Shown here piece by piece: positions 9,170 through 18,204 of a stretch of 64,000 nt of DNA (position 1 is the stretch's first letter; each line of letters opens with the position of its first letter). The notes below the pieces were generated by a model. It saw only the letters and a list, made by a program, of their open reading frames with translations, had not been told where the DNA came from and made no database searches. The translations under genes and the position numbers were made by a program. The stretch comes from an uncultured Verrucomicrobiae bacterium (GTDB taxonomy: Bacteria > Verrucomicrobiota > Verrucomicrobiia > Limisphaerales > Palsa-1400), in contig CAVXRD010000002.1 in the NCBI GenBank assembly GCA_963764165.1, positions 3,072,001-3,136,000 of the forward strand. The letters are read 5' to 3'.

Positions 9170-10033
9170 TTACGGCCGCGACCGCGCCGCCAGATCGCGC
9201 TTGAGCCGCGCGATGTTGGCTTCGATGCGCTCGATGTAGGGATTCGGGCCATCGGGGTAGGGATCGTTGAGAAAACGGTAGACGCCCCGGAAATCGCGGG
9301 CGATTTTTGTGCGCACGTAATTTTCCCAGAAGAGCGGCGTCTTCTGCATCAGGTCATCGGCGCTGCTGAAAAATCCGCCCGCCGTCATTTTTCCATTGCG
9401 GTTGAATTCGGCCGACTCGGCGAATTCTGAGTAAAGAATCGGCAGCTTGTCGACATAATCCACCGCCGCCAATTGGCCGAGCAAATCGGAAGTGCCGAGC
9501 GCATATCCCACCAGCCGCTCCAATTCGTCCTGAAATTGCACCGTCTCCAATTTCACATTGACACCCGTGCAGCGAATCATGTTTTGGACAGCGAGGATAT
9601 CTTCCACCGCGTAGTCATTGGCGAGCATTAATTCACCCGCGAACCCGATGCTGCGATCGACATGGATCAAGGTGTATTTCGCGCCGGTGCCTTCGGTGTC
9701 GCCCTTTTTTTTAAGATAGCCGGTGTCATGGGTCAGGATGGCAAGGATGCCCAGCTCGAACATGCGCTGGGTCAGGAGCGGCTCCTCCGGAAGGTGATTT
9801 CGCGCGCGCAAAAGCCGCGCCATGCAAAGGCAGCCCTGCATGGTGTGCTCGAAATCGTGATAATGAGCGTCGATAGCCTGATAGTCGCGATATTTGCCGT
9901 CGAACCATAAATTCGCCCAGCCAAAAACGCGAGGCACGAAACTCTTGTCCCCATGCGGGAACATCTCGCGGTAAACGGCTTGCACCTCCGTCTCCACTGC
10001 CGACGGATCGCGAGTATTCACCGATTCCAGCAT
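9170..10033 (-). CDS. HD-domain metal-dependent phosphohydrolase
   Basis: YHDFEHT...HDTGY...HVDRS...SDLLGQ. Start could be 10048. Confidence 0.8.
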   Translation of the reverse strand: MLESVNTRDPSAVETEVQAVYREMFPHGDKSFVPRVFGWANLWFDGKYRDYQAIDAHYHDFEHTMQGCLCMARLLRARNHLPEEPLLTQRMFELGILAILTHDTGYLKKKGDTEGTGAKYTLIHVDRSIGFAGELMLANDYAVEDILAVQNMIRCTGVNVKLETVQFQDELERLVGYALGTSDLLGQLAAVDYVDKLPILYSEFAESAEFNRNGKMTAGGFFSSADDLMQKTPLFWENYVRTKIARDFRGVYRFLNDPYPDGPNPYIERIEANIARLKRDLAARSRP

Positions 10034-10100
10034 GCTAACACTATTCATTTCACTGAACACAAATGCACGCTTTATTTTGGTTTCTGGGGGAAGAATTGAA

Positions 10101-10249
10101 TCTGGAACTCAGGAAATCAGGAAAAGAGGCGAAATCGTTTTGGGAGCGATGGGAGGGATAGGAATTATGAGGGACCCATGACGCTCTTGATTTCACGAGT
10201 GCGCGCGAGATCACCTTCAGCCTCTTTTCCTGATTTCCTGAGTTCCAGA
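10101..10249. repeat. ~150-bp element with 30-bp perfect terminal inverted repeats (family R1, GAACTCAGGAA core)
   Basis: TCTGGAACTCAGGAAATCAGGAAAAGAGGC at 10101-10130 and its inverse at 10220-10249. Confidence 0.85.
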
Positions 10250-10318
10250 ATAATTTTCTTCCCCATTCCTGCTCGGTGTTGCAGCCCGCTTGCGCTGGCC
10301 ATAAACTTTTGCCGACGC

Positions 10319-10942
10319 ATGCGCCACAAAGCCCAGGAACATCTCCGAAAAGTCGATCCTGTTTTTGAACAGTTGATCGAAAAATTCGGGCATGTCGGCA
10401 TCGAGCGCCGCGGGCTGCCGCCGTTTCAATCCCTCATTCACGCCATCGCGCATCAGCAATTGAACGGCAAGGCGGCCAAGACGATTCTGGCCCGGTTTGA
10501 GGCGCTGTTCAATCATGGCCGATTTCCCACGCCCGAGGAGGTTCTCAAGCTGGAAATCGAAATGCTTCGCTCCGCCGGGTTCTCCCGGGCCAAGGCAGCC
10601 TCCGTCGTCATGCTGGCGGAACGCAGCCTGGCCGGCCTCGTGCCTTCCATGGCCCAATGCGAAAAAATGACCGACGCCGAAATCGTCGAATGTTTGACAG
10701 AGATCAAGGGGATCGGACGCTGGACGGCGGAAATGTTCCTGATGTTCAACCTGGGCCGCCCGGATATTTTGCCGGTGCATGATTTTGGCGTTCGAAAAGG
10801 ATTTCAAGTGGCATATCGAAAACGGAAAATGCCCGAGCCCGAGCAACTGGAGAAATTCGGCAAGCGCTGGAGCCCGCATCGCACGACCGCGTCGCTTTAT
10901 TTATACCGGGCCGCTGATTTTCTCAAAGAGGGTGAGTGGTAG
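10319..10942 (+). CDS. alkA: DNA-3-methyladenine glycosylase II (HhH-GPD family)
   Basis: IAHQQLNGKAA, LTEIKGIGRWTAEMFLMF, RPDILPVHDFGVR, WSPHRT. Confidence 0.9.
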   Translation: MRHKAQEHLRKVDPVFEQLIEKFGHVGIERRGLPPFQSLIHAIAHQQLNGKAAKTILARFEALFNHGRFPTPEEVLKLEIEMLRSAGFSRAKAASVVMLAERSLAGLVPSMAQCEKMTDAEIVECLTEIKGIGRWTAEMFLMFNLGRPDILPVHDFGVRKGFQVAYRKRKMPEPEQLEKFGKRWSPHRTTASLYLYRAADFLKEGEW

Positions 10943-11012
10943 AGGGTCAGTTATGGACAGATCTCGGCAAGGCGAGGCTGCCAATGAACCCCTTTGGATT
11001 CAAGATGGGATG

Positions 11013-11122
11013 CGGGACGCGAGGCGCGTCCCGCTGCACGCGGGGGCGCGTGCGCTCCCCGGAATCAAAGGCCTGGGGAGCACACGAGCCTCGCGTGTCG
11101 CGGTCGGCGCCCTCGCCGACCG
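11013..11122. repeat. REP-like multi-hairpin inverted repeat
   Basis: GCGGGACGCG..CGCGTCCCGC, CACGCGGGGGCGCGTGCGCTCCCC / GGGGAGCACACGAGCCTCGCGTG, CGGTCGGCG..CGCCGACCG. Confidence 0.6.
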
Positions 11123-11332
11123 TTCCCTTCGAGAATTCCGCCGGTCTAACTGTTTCATTGGCACTTCTGACCCGTTTAATGAGTTTCGTTGGCAGCCATT
11201 CGGGCGGTGAATGCAATCAAGCGCCAAGAAATCGCCGGGGAAAGATTCTTGCGAACGGCCATGGCCGAGCGTTTCGGCATAAAAACAGACTCCTCCACAT
11301 TTCCAGTGGAATGAGGGTTTGTCATTTTGTTA

Positions 11333-11952
11333 CTCTGCGCACTCATCTTCTCTGCGCGAAAATTCTTTTCCCTCTGGCAGCCCATCGACAATGCGTGGGG
11401 CTTCCCGACAACCAGATGAGACCGAAACTGCTTGCCATGCAGGGTTCGTGTGGACGCGATACGAAAGATAAGAATGAATTCCCAATTCCCAAGTATCACG
11501 AAATGCTTTTACCTGCTCTGGCTCCCCTCAGTTGATACGGCAAACCAATGTCAATGCGCAAGTTCGCTTTGGAGAGGCCGAACGTGGAAGCGATTTGAAC
11601 ACGCCGGTCAAAACGTCAAGTATTTGTTCAAGAAACGTGCTGAAAACACAAAATGCTCATACTGGCGCTTGCCGGACGACCGGACGTCGAGTGAGTCGCA
11701 TTACCCCAATTTCATTGCAAATGAAACCCGCTGCGTGTGAATCACTTATACCACAAAATCGTGCAATTACAAGCAAAATTGACGCAAGGGCCATTCGCCC
11801 TTAGGTTTCTTCCTGTCGCCGCCATGGCGTGTTCTTTGATATTTTGCGTTCGAATTCAGGCCGGGCGGAACCTCTGCGCGCGAACGCGTTTCATCCGAGG
11901 ATGAAACCACTAGGGAAAAGAGAGATCGCGCAGAGAAGATGAGTGCGCAGAG
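11333..11952. repeat. Inverted pair of dispersed repeat family R2 (CTCTGCGCACTCATCTTCTCTGCGCGA)
   Basis: Copies at 11333-11380 (+) and 11912-11952 (-); further copies at 15140, 38788 and 42730. Confidence 0.75.
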
Positions 11953-12104
11953 GGAACAGTAATTGTGATCGGGGCGTTGCACACTATTGCAACCTTGGTT
12001 TTCGCGAGAAGGCGCGGTGGGCTAGCCTGTTGTTGTTTCATCCGGCTTCTTCAAACAGGTTTCCGGCAAAGGTAGCGGGTTTTTAGCGGCTCTGTAATGC
12101 CAAA

Positions 12105-12169
12105 GGTAGGGTTCTTCCGCTCGCAAGCATGGGGAAAATATCGGGGCGGAGACGCAGCTCCGCCCTGCC
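12105..12169. repeat. Degenerate GTAG-type REP doublet
   Basis: GGTAGGG... paired with the hairpin GGGCGGAGACGCAGCTCCGCCC-TGCC. Confidence 0.5.
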
Positions 12170-12174
12170 GCAAA

Positions 12175-13029
12175 TCATATGTTTTGGGCGATGGCGCGCA
12201 ATTGGCGGTATTCCACCAGAATTGTTTTCAAGGCCGCCGCCGCGGCTTCCACTTGCGAGTAAAGCGAGGCCCGCTGCGGTGTCTCGAATGTCAGCTCGAA
12301 GGGCGGACGCTCGATTCCTGGCGGCGAACGAAGCACCCCTTGGTAAGAGCGGTAAATAACCCCGGCCCGCGCCGGAAAACCGTCGATGATCGGACGGCGA
12401 TCTCGCGGGAGAAACGCCTCCGCTGTGCGCAATGCCGGCTCCAGCAGATTCTCGGAAAGCACTGAGCCGTTGACATAGCCGTAAAGGCCCGTGCTCGTAT
12501 TGTCCGAATGCAGCATGATCAGGCCGTCGAAGGCGTGCAGGTAAATCTCCGATTCCAAGAAGCGCACCTCGCGCTCCTCCGACTGCCGCCAGAATTCGCG
12601 GTTTAGATCCTTTCCGGAAGCCGAATGGCGGGTGCCAGCCTCAAAACCGCTTGGGTTGCAGACCGGGTACAGGAATAGCGCGTAGCCCTTGCCGATTTCC
12701 GGGTCGCGCTCCAGCATGTGAACCAGCCGGCTGATGGCCAGCGTTCCTTCCGGCTCGTCGCCGTGAATCGCGCCAAAGATGCCGAGGCGAATCACATCGC
12801 CGCCGCCGCGCTCGCCAAGATAGACATAGCGCGGAATCGGCGGCTCGCCCGCCCCATTGCGCCCGAAATGAGGCCGCAGCAAATGCTGGGAGCGGCTCGC
12901 GACATCGTCGAGCGGTGACAAAATGCGATCCAGCGGTTTGCGTTCAAAAACCGGGATGCGCGCGGTTGCAACAGATTTTTTTGTATCGGCGGTACTCACA
13001 GCATACACCTTTCTTTCAAATTTCAACAT
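12175..13029 (-). CDS. M14 zinc carboxypeptidase / succinylglutamate desuccinylase-aspartoacylase family
   Basis: GAIHGDEPEG, NPSGF, DLNREF, LH, and terminal FETP. Confidence 0.85.
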   Translation of the reverse strand: MLKFERKVYAVSTADTKKSVATARIPVFERKPLDRILSPLDDVASRSQHLLRPHFGRNGAGEPPIPRYVYLGERGGGDVIRLGIFGAIHGDEPEGTLAISRLVHMLERDPEIGKGYALFLYPVCNPSGFEAGTRHSASGKDLNREFWRQSEEREVRFLESEIYLHAFDGLIMLHSDNTSTGLYGYVNGSVLSENLLEPALRTAEAFLPRDRRPIIDGFPARAGVIYRSYQGVLRSPPGIERPPFELTFETPQRASLYSQVEAAAAALKTILVEYRQLRAIAQNI

Positions 13030-13053
13030 TCACATTTCCAGCCCACACAACCG

Positions 13054-13097
13054 ACTATATCAACAATCCATACTATGTCAATAGACTAATTAGGATT
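13054..13097 (-). promoter_or_regulatory. Promoter with overlapping imperfect palindrome (candidate repressor site)
   Basis: Minus strand TTGACA-N16-TATAGT (13081-13054), overlapped by AATCC...GGATT (13065-13097). Confidence 0.6.
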
Positions 13098-13105
13098 AAT
13101 GAAAA

Positions 13106-13330
13106 ATGAACAACCGAATCAACGAAAAGGTAAGGGCAGCGAACGGCGCACTCGCTTGGTCAGCGGTAAAGTCCGCAGCTTAGGATCTCGTCATTACCGA
13201 TAAATCCATGCCAAAGGTCACAGGCGTCGAGTTGATGGAAACGATTCATCGCGCCAACATACGAAAAGTCTTGAGCAGTGTGAGCGGCGATGCTTCGCAA
13301 GAAAAAAGTCGGATTCCAGCAAACGCGTAG
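13106..13330 (+). pseudogene. Response-regulator receiver domain remnant
   Basis: In-frame ...AANGALAWSAVKSAA*DLVITDKSMPKVTGVELMETI; the TAG at 13181 stands where Tyr/Phe normally precedes DLVITD. Confidence 0.7.
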
Positions 13331-13385
13331 AGCGGAGAAGCCTTCGACGAAAATGCGATGAGTCCGCGCGAAGCGGCCCGCAGCA

Positions 13386-13462
<77 letters not shown>

Positions 13463-13616
13463 AGCCAAAGAGCAGGGAGCTTAATCATTCCCCCTTCATC
13501 ATGCAAGCGCCTTTTCCGACGGCTTTTTGGCCCGTTCTCGATCAGCTTGATTGCGAAATGACGATGGCCCGACGAAATTCCATCCGCGCAGGAGCCCAGC
13601 GGGCAGGCGGCTGTGC

Positions 13617-13772
13617 CTAACGGCCTTGATTAATCGTAGAAGGAAACGGCCCCTCCCAGCCCTGCGGCTGATCCCACGGCACACTCGAATCGGAGTCCGT
13701 GGCGCAGCCAGCCAGCGAGCCAGCGGCGGCCGCGAGCAACAAAACGCAGAGAATGTTGCGCCAAAGGTTCAT
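13617..13772 (-). CDS. Small (51 aa) lipoprotein
   Basis: Lipobox LAG-C after a hydrophobic stretch; mature part PWDQPQGWEG; starts 4 nt after the upstream stop. Confidence 0.75.
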   Translation of the reverse strand: MNLWRNILCVLLLAAAAGSLAGCATDSDSSVPWDQPQGWEGPFPSTINQGR

Positions 13773-13776
13773 CGAA

Positions 13777-14529
13777 TCAATACAGGACTTCGTCGCCTTC
13801 CATGATCTCGCCGCGCTGCTTCCAGCCCGGCAGGATGTTGGCAACGCATTCGGTCTTGGAAACGCTGGAGATTTTGACTTTGCCGAGCAGCTTTCCGTTG
13901 CGGTCCACCATCATTTCACCGCGCTGCCGGACACCTTGGTCCGAACCGATGTTGAGCACAACGAAGTTAAACTTGGGATCGACCGAAACGATTTTGCCGC
14001 GCAAGCCAGGAGGCAGCATGACGGCTTCATCCGGGTTGACCATGGCCAGGTACCGATCTTTCCAATCGGTGGCTTCGGACGCCAGCGCTTTATTTTCCTT
14101 GATAAGAACCTGTTCTGCATTCCTTTTCTTGACGAGTTCTGACTCCATGTCTTTGATCTGCTCCACCGATTTGCCAAGGGCGCGCCAGCGTTCGAGCTGA
14201 GCCTGGGCTTCGTCCCGCTCCGCGATGGCCTTATCCGATTTGTCGGATAAATCCTTGTTTTTCGCGGTAAGATCCTCCACTTGGCCTTTGGCGGCTACCA
14301 GATCACTCTTGGTCTGCTCCAGGTCTTTTTTTGTCGTGGCCAAGGTGGCTTGAGTTTCGTTAAGGGTTTTCTTTGTTTGCTTGTGGTCGGCGACTTCCTT
14401 GTCGTCCTTCTGATGCCACGAATCCCTTTCGGCCCGCGTGTTGACGATGATGTCCTGAACCTTGGTGATGGTCAGTGCGGTTGCGGCGATGCCCGCAACG
14501 ATTGCTATAATCAGAAATATTCGCAGCAT
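13777..14529 (-). CDS. Membrane-anchored coiled-coil protein with C-terminal small beta domain
   Basis: N-terminal TM, long heptad-rich helix, then GKIVSVDPKFNFVVLNIG..QGV...GDEV. Confidence 0.8.
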   Translation of the reverse strand: MLRIFLIIAIVAGIAATALTITKVQDIIVNTRAERDSWHQKDDKEVADHKQTKKTLNETQATLATTKKDLEQTKSDLVAAKGQVEDLTAKNKDLSDKSDKAIAERDEAQAQLERWRALGKSVEQIKDMESELVKKRNAEQVLIKENKALASEATDWKDRYLAMVNPDEAVMLPPGLRGKIVSVDPKFNFVVLNIGSDQGVRQRGEMMVDRNGKLLGKVKISSVSKTECVANILPGWKQRGEIMEGDEVLY

Positions 14530-15678
14530 GATATAAGTCCTTTAACTTTCAAAAAAATTACGACGAACCCGGATGCATGTCAACGATCACTTTATTTTTC
14601 TTTCCGGCGGGAAACCGTCCATCCCCATTTTTTCCGGAGGGGAGTCAAAGAGGCAATGGCGGGTGGAGGCTCTTTTCCTGAGTTCGGTCGTTCCGGATTC
14701 AATTTTCCCAATTTTTTCGTCAAGAATCGTGCTGAAAAACCTCTGGTAGGTTTTCCATCCCGCGCCATCCGTGCCAAAGTGCAGCCATGCTTATGTTGTG
14801 GTTAATGTGCCGCCGTCTCGGTAATCTGTTGTCGGAACCACAGCGACGGAGTTTCCACCGCCTTCCCACGGTTCCGAAACGTTTTCAGCCGAATGAAATA
14901 GGGCCTATGCCACCTGAGAGGCCTCCTTCAAGCGGGTTTCGCCAGAAAGAATTGTTGCACCCTATTGCACCTACCGTTTTGCGGAGGCCAGATTGCGCCC
15001 TCCAGAACCGGTTTCCGGCCGGGATTCTGATTCCGCTGAAGACACTCAGGAATCAAACGTTGCACCCCATCTTGTCGAGATTCAACGGTGTAGCGGATGT
15101 TGCAGTCTTTCGAAGATTATGAATACTCAATGCTTTGTCCTCTGCGAACTCATCTTCTGTGCACGAGAATTCTTTTTCTCTTGGGGCAACGTGCAATTTA
15201 TTGCAGGGCAAACCATTAGGGTGATTCATCCGGGCGCTGGCTGGCACGGCGAACGGATTATGGTGAGCAAAATTTGCGCAAAGTCCGAATTTTCCCATTG
15301 ACGAATTGCCACACGAGTGTAACAATCAATGCTTATCCGGGTCGCGGAAGGATCCGGCGCCAGCAGAGCCACCAGCGCACCGTCTATATAAAACGGGTGT
15401 TTGTGCGGTCACGTGGGCGCCGAAACCAACGCAACGAAAAATGAGATTTTCGCGGCCAACTTAGAACGAGCCGTGTGGCCCCAGGCAACGCGTGCGTCGC
15501 AAATGATGTGCAAAAGAACCATCGTCGGGCGGATGATCAGTCCCCCGATTATCGATGGCGGAATATTGAACAATCCGCATGCGCAGCGGTGTCCTCTGGA
15601 ATCCCCGCGAAAAATTGTCTTAGTGCGTTCTGAAACCATATTAGGAAGTCCGCATCCCTCATTTTAATTGCGAGCATT

Positions 15679-16593
15679 ATGAAAACCAAAAATCAAAGAA
15701 GCGTGCGTTGTGCCGAAGCTTTCACATTAATCGAATTGCTGGTCGTCATTGCCATTATTGCCATCTTGGCGGCGATGCTTCTTCCGACGTTAGCCCATGC
15801 AAAAACACAGGCGCAAGGCGTCAAATGCATGAGCAATGAGCGGCAGCTTTCGCTGGGATGGACAATGTATAACGGGGAAAACGCCGATCACTTCGTGCTC
15901 TCCAGCGCGGATTTGGGGACGAGTGATCCCATGAACAAGTACGCATGGACGCAGCAGACAGAAGATTTCACACCAAACTCTTACAATTGGGATCCAGCGT
16001 GCCCTGTGGTGGGGATGATGAATGGTCCCTTGTATCCGTTTATCAAGAGCGCGGGTGTCTTTGTCTGCCCGTCGGATACTTCGATGGTGCATTCAAATTC
16101 TGCCTCCGGCCCATGGGTTCCACGGACTCGTTCGATTTCGATGAATTATTATCTGGGTGGATTTGGCGACTCGAATTTGGTTAACAGTTACCCCATCTAT
16201 AAGCAAATGTCAGATTTGAGGCCGGGCAAGACTCCCGGGCCGGCGGGAACATGGCTCTTTATGGACGAACGGCAGGACTCCATTAACTGGGGCAATTATT
16301 GCGTGGTTATGACCGGAGATTCTCCATACGCGCCCCAATCTTTTGAGTTCGATCAGGACATGCCAGGATTTCTCCATAATAACGCGGTTGGATTATCATT
16401 TACTGATGGGCATGCCGAAATTCATAAATGGGCGGATCCAAGGACTTGCCCCCCGATGTGGAGCTATGCTCAGTGCAGCGTGAACCCAACTGGGCCTAAT
16501 GGGCCATCGGCGAACGGCTTGCCTGTCCGAGACGATATGGACGTTCGCTGGCTTCAATTGCATAGTGTTTGGCAATCCGATGGCGATTATTAG
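15679..16593 (+). CDS. Prepilin-type N-terminal cleavage/methylation protein, H-X9-DG class
   Basis: [40 protein letters not shown]. Confidence 0.92.
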   Translation: MKTKNQRSVRCAEAFTLIELLVVIAIIAILAAMLLPTLAHAKTQAQGVKCMSNERQLSLGWTMYNGENADHFVLSSADLGTSDPMNKYAWTQQTEDFTPNSYNWDPACPVVGMMNGPLYPFIKSAGVFVCPSDTSMVHSNSASGPWVPRTRSISMNYYLGGFGDSNLVNSYPIYKQMSDLRPGKTPGPAGTWLFMDERQDSINWGNYCVVMTGDSPYAPQSFEFDQDMPGFLHNNAVGLSFTDGHAEIHKWADPRTCPPMWSYAQCSVNPTGPNGPSANGLPVRDDMDVRWLQLHSVWQSDGDY

Positions 16594-17098
16594 ACCCATT
16601 CCGAATGCGATATTGAACGGCAAATGGTTGATCCGCTTTAAATTAAGTTTTTTGGGTTGACGTTCGTGTAATTTTTGGATACGAATATGAAGTGACGATT
16701 GAGTCACGGATCGGAAAAAAATCAGTTTCGCAAATTTTCAAGCTGGATAGAGATTTGCTGGGCACAGTTGTAAATAGGTCCAGTAGTGGGGTTAGGAAGA
16801 TCCGTGATAAGAATTGGATCAGCCATGTGGACTAAACAAACACAGGCGGTTCGAATGTCCGATGGAAGCACTGAGAATCTTGGAATAACCTCCTTTCCCA
16901 GATTTTTTGTCCTGCCTTCAGCGTTTGGCTGCTCGCAAAATGTCGCGGACAAGGCGCAAGTTCGCAAAGGCAGCGGTGTCTCCAGTCTTCCGCGCGCATT
17001 CTGCATCACTTTGGTAAAAAATCATAGCGTTCCTTCCATTAACAACAATCGAACAGACAATTTGTTTCAAGATTTCCGCAAATAACGAATCATTCATT

Positions 17099-18022
17099 AT
17101 GCAACAGTCGAAACTTAAGAGCTTAACCGTCTGCGCAAGAGATCAGCGCTCCGGAGGCTTCACATTAATCGAACTTCTGGTGGTTATCGCCATCATTGCC
17201 ATTTTGGCGGCACTGATTTTGCCTTCGTTGGTGCATGCAAAACAGGAAGCACAAGGCGTCAAGTGCATGAGCAATCAGCACCAGTTGGCGCTCGGCTGGT
17301 ACAACTACGCATTGGATAATAAGGAGCGCGTCCTTTACTCTAGTCTTGGCCCGCCCGGGGATCCTGCCAATGCGGCTGTCTGGACACAGCAAGAGGAGGA
17401 CATGACTCCGGCCCAATACAATTGGGATCCGACTGTGGATATTACTGTCGGTCCAATGTACCCTTATGTCAAGAATTACCTGGTCTACCGGTGCCCCGCT
17501 GATACGTCATTCGTCCATTCCAATTCTCCGTCGGGCATGCTGTTGCCTCGCGTCCGCAGCATTTCAATGAACTTTTTCTTCGGCGGGTTCGGCGGTGAAA
17601 ATGCAAGCTATGCCGCTGGTGTGACTTTTGACGCCGCTGCCTATCCTATATTTTTGAAAACAACGGACTTAGGGCTTCCCCAGCCCGGCCCCTCGGGGAC
17701 TTGGGTTTTCGTGGACGAGCGGGAAGACTGCATCAACTGGGGAAACTACCTGCAAGATATGACGGGGGATGGTGCTCTAGATGGTGCAAGTGGGGCGCGT
17801 CAGTATCAGTTTAATGAGGATATGCCGGGAATGTGGCATAACTTCGGTGCTGGATACGCCTTCGCTGATGGTCATGGTGAAATCAAGCATTGGCAGCAGC
17901 CGAACCTTACGTGCCCGCCGTTGAAGTTTCCAAGTGGTCCCGCCGACCCGAGTCCGTGGAAAGCTGCGGGCGATAAAGATGTGACGTGGATACAGCTTCG
18001 GACTGTGCGTCCGAGCAAGTAA
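17099..18022 (+). CDS. Prepilin-type N-terminal cleavage/methylation protein, H-X9-DG class (paralog of the preceding gene)
   Basis: [40 protein letters not shown]. Confidence 0.92.
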   Translation: MQQSKLKSLTVCARDQRSGGFTLIELLVVIAIIAILAALILPSLVHAKQEAQGVKCMSNQHQLALGWYNYALDNKERVLYSSLGPPGDPANAAVWTQQEEDMTPAQYNWDPTVDITVGPMYPYVKNYLVYRCPADTSFVHSNSPSGMLLPRVRSISMNFFFGGFGGENASYAAGVTFDAAAYPIFLKTTDLGLPQPGPSGTWVFVDEREDCINWGNYLQDMTGDGALDGASGARQYQFNEDMPGMWHNFGAGYAFADGHGEIKHWQQPNLTCPPLKFPSGPADPSPWKAAGDKDVTWIQLRTVRPSK

Positions 18023-18204
18023 CAAGTTAAATTGAGCGGGAGATTGAATTCATCCTCCTCGCCACGTTGATTCAGGAAAAGGTGTTAACAATTACAGAAT
18101 TTGGATTGGCTGATAAGGAAATTGGCAATCGTTGAAGGTGTGACGAGGCCATCATCCAAACAAAAAGACCCTGACAAAACAAAACAAAAAAACGAAAGCA
18201 ACGA

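Noticed and set aside
7146..10033. HD protein + helicase considered as a Cas3-like or defence module
   Set aside because: The helicase is a canonical SF1 UvrD/PcrA, not the SF2 Cas3 type, and no defence genes are adjacent.
10936..12100. ORFs of 70-200 aa in the alkA to M14-peptidase gap
   Set aside because: They are translations of repeat modules, with no protein motifs or consistent coding signal.
14762..14777. Sigma54-like TGGCAC-N7-GC on the minus strand (similar at about 43083-43097)
   Set aside because: The -12 element lacks the TTGC consensus and one copy lies inside a MITE; support is too weak.
15204..15260. CAGGGCAAACCATT resembles the start of a c-di-GMP-I riboswitch upstream of the prepilin cassette
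   Set aside because: No GNRA-capped P2 and no following GACGCAAAGC/P3 elements; the match is too short.
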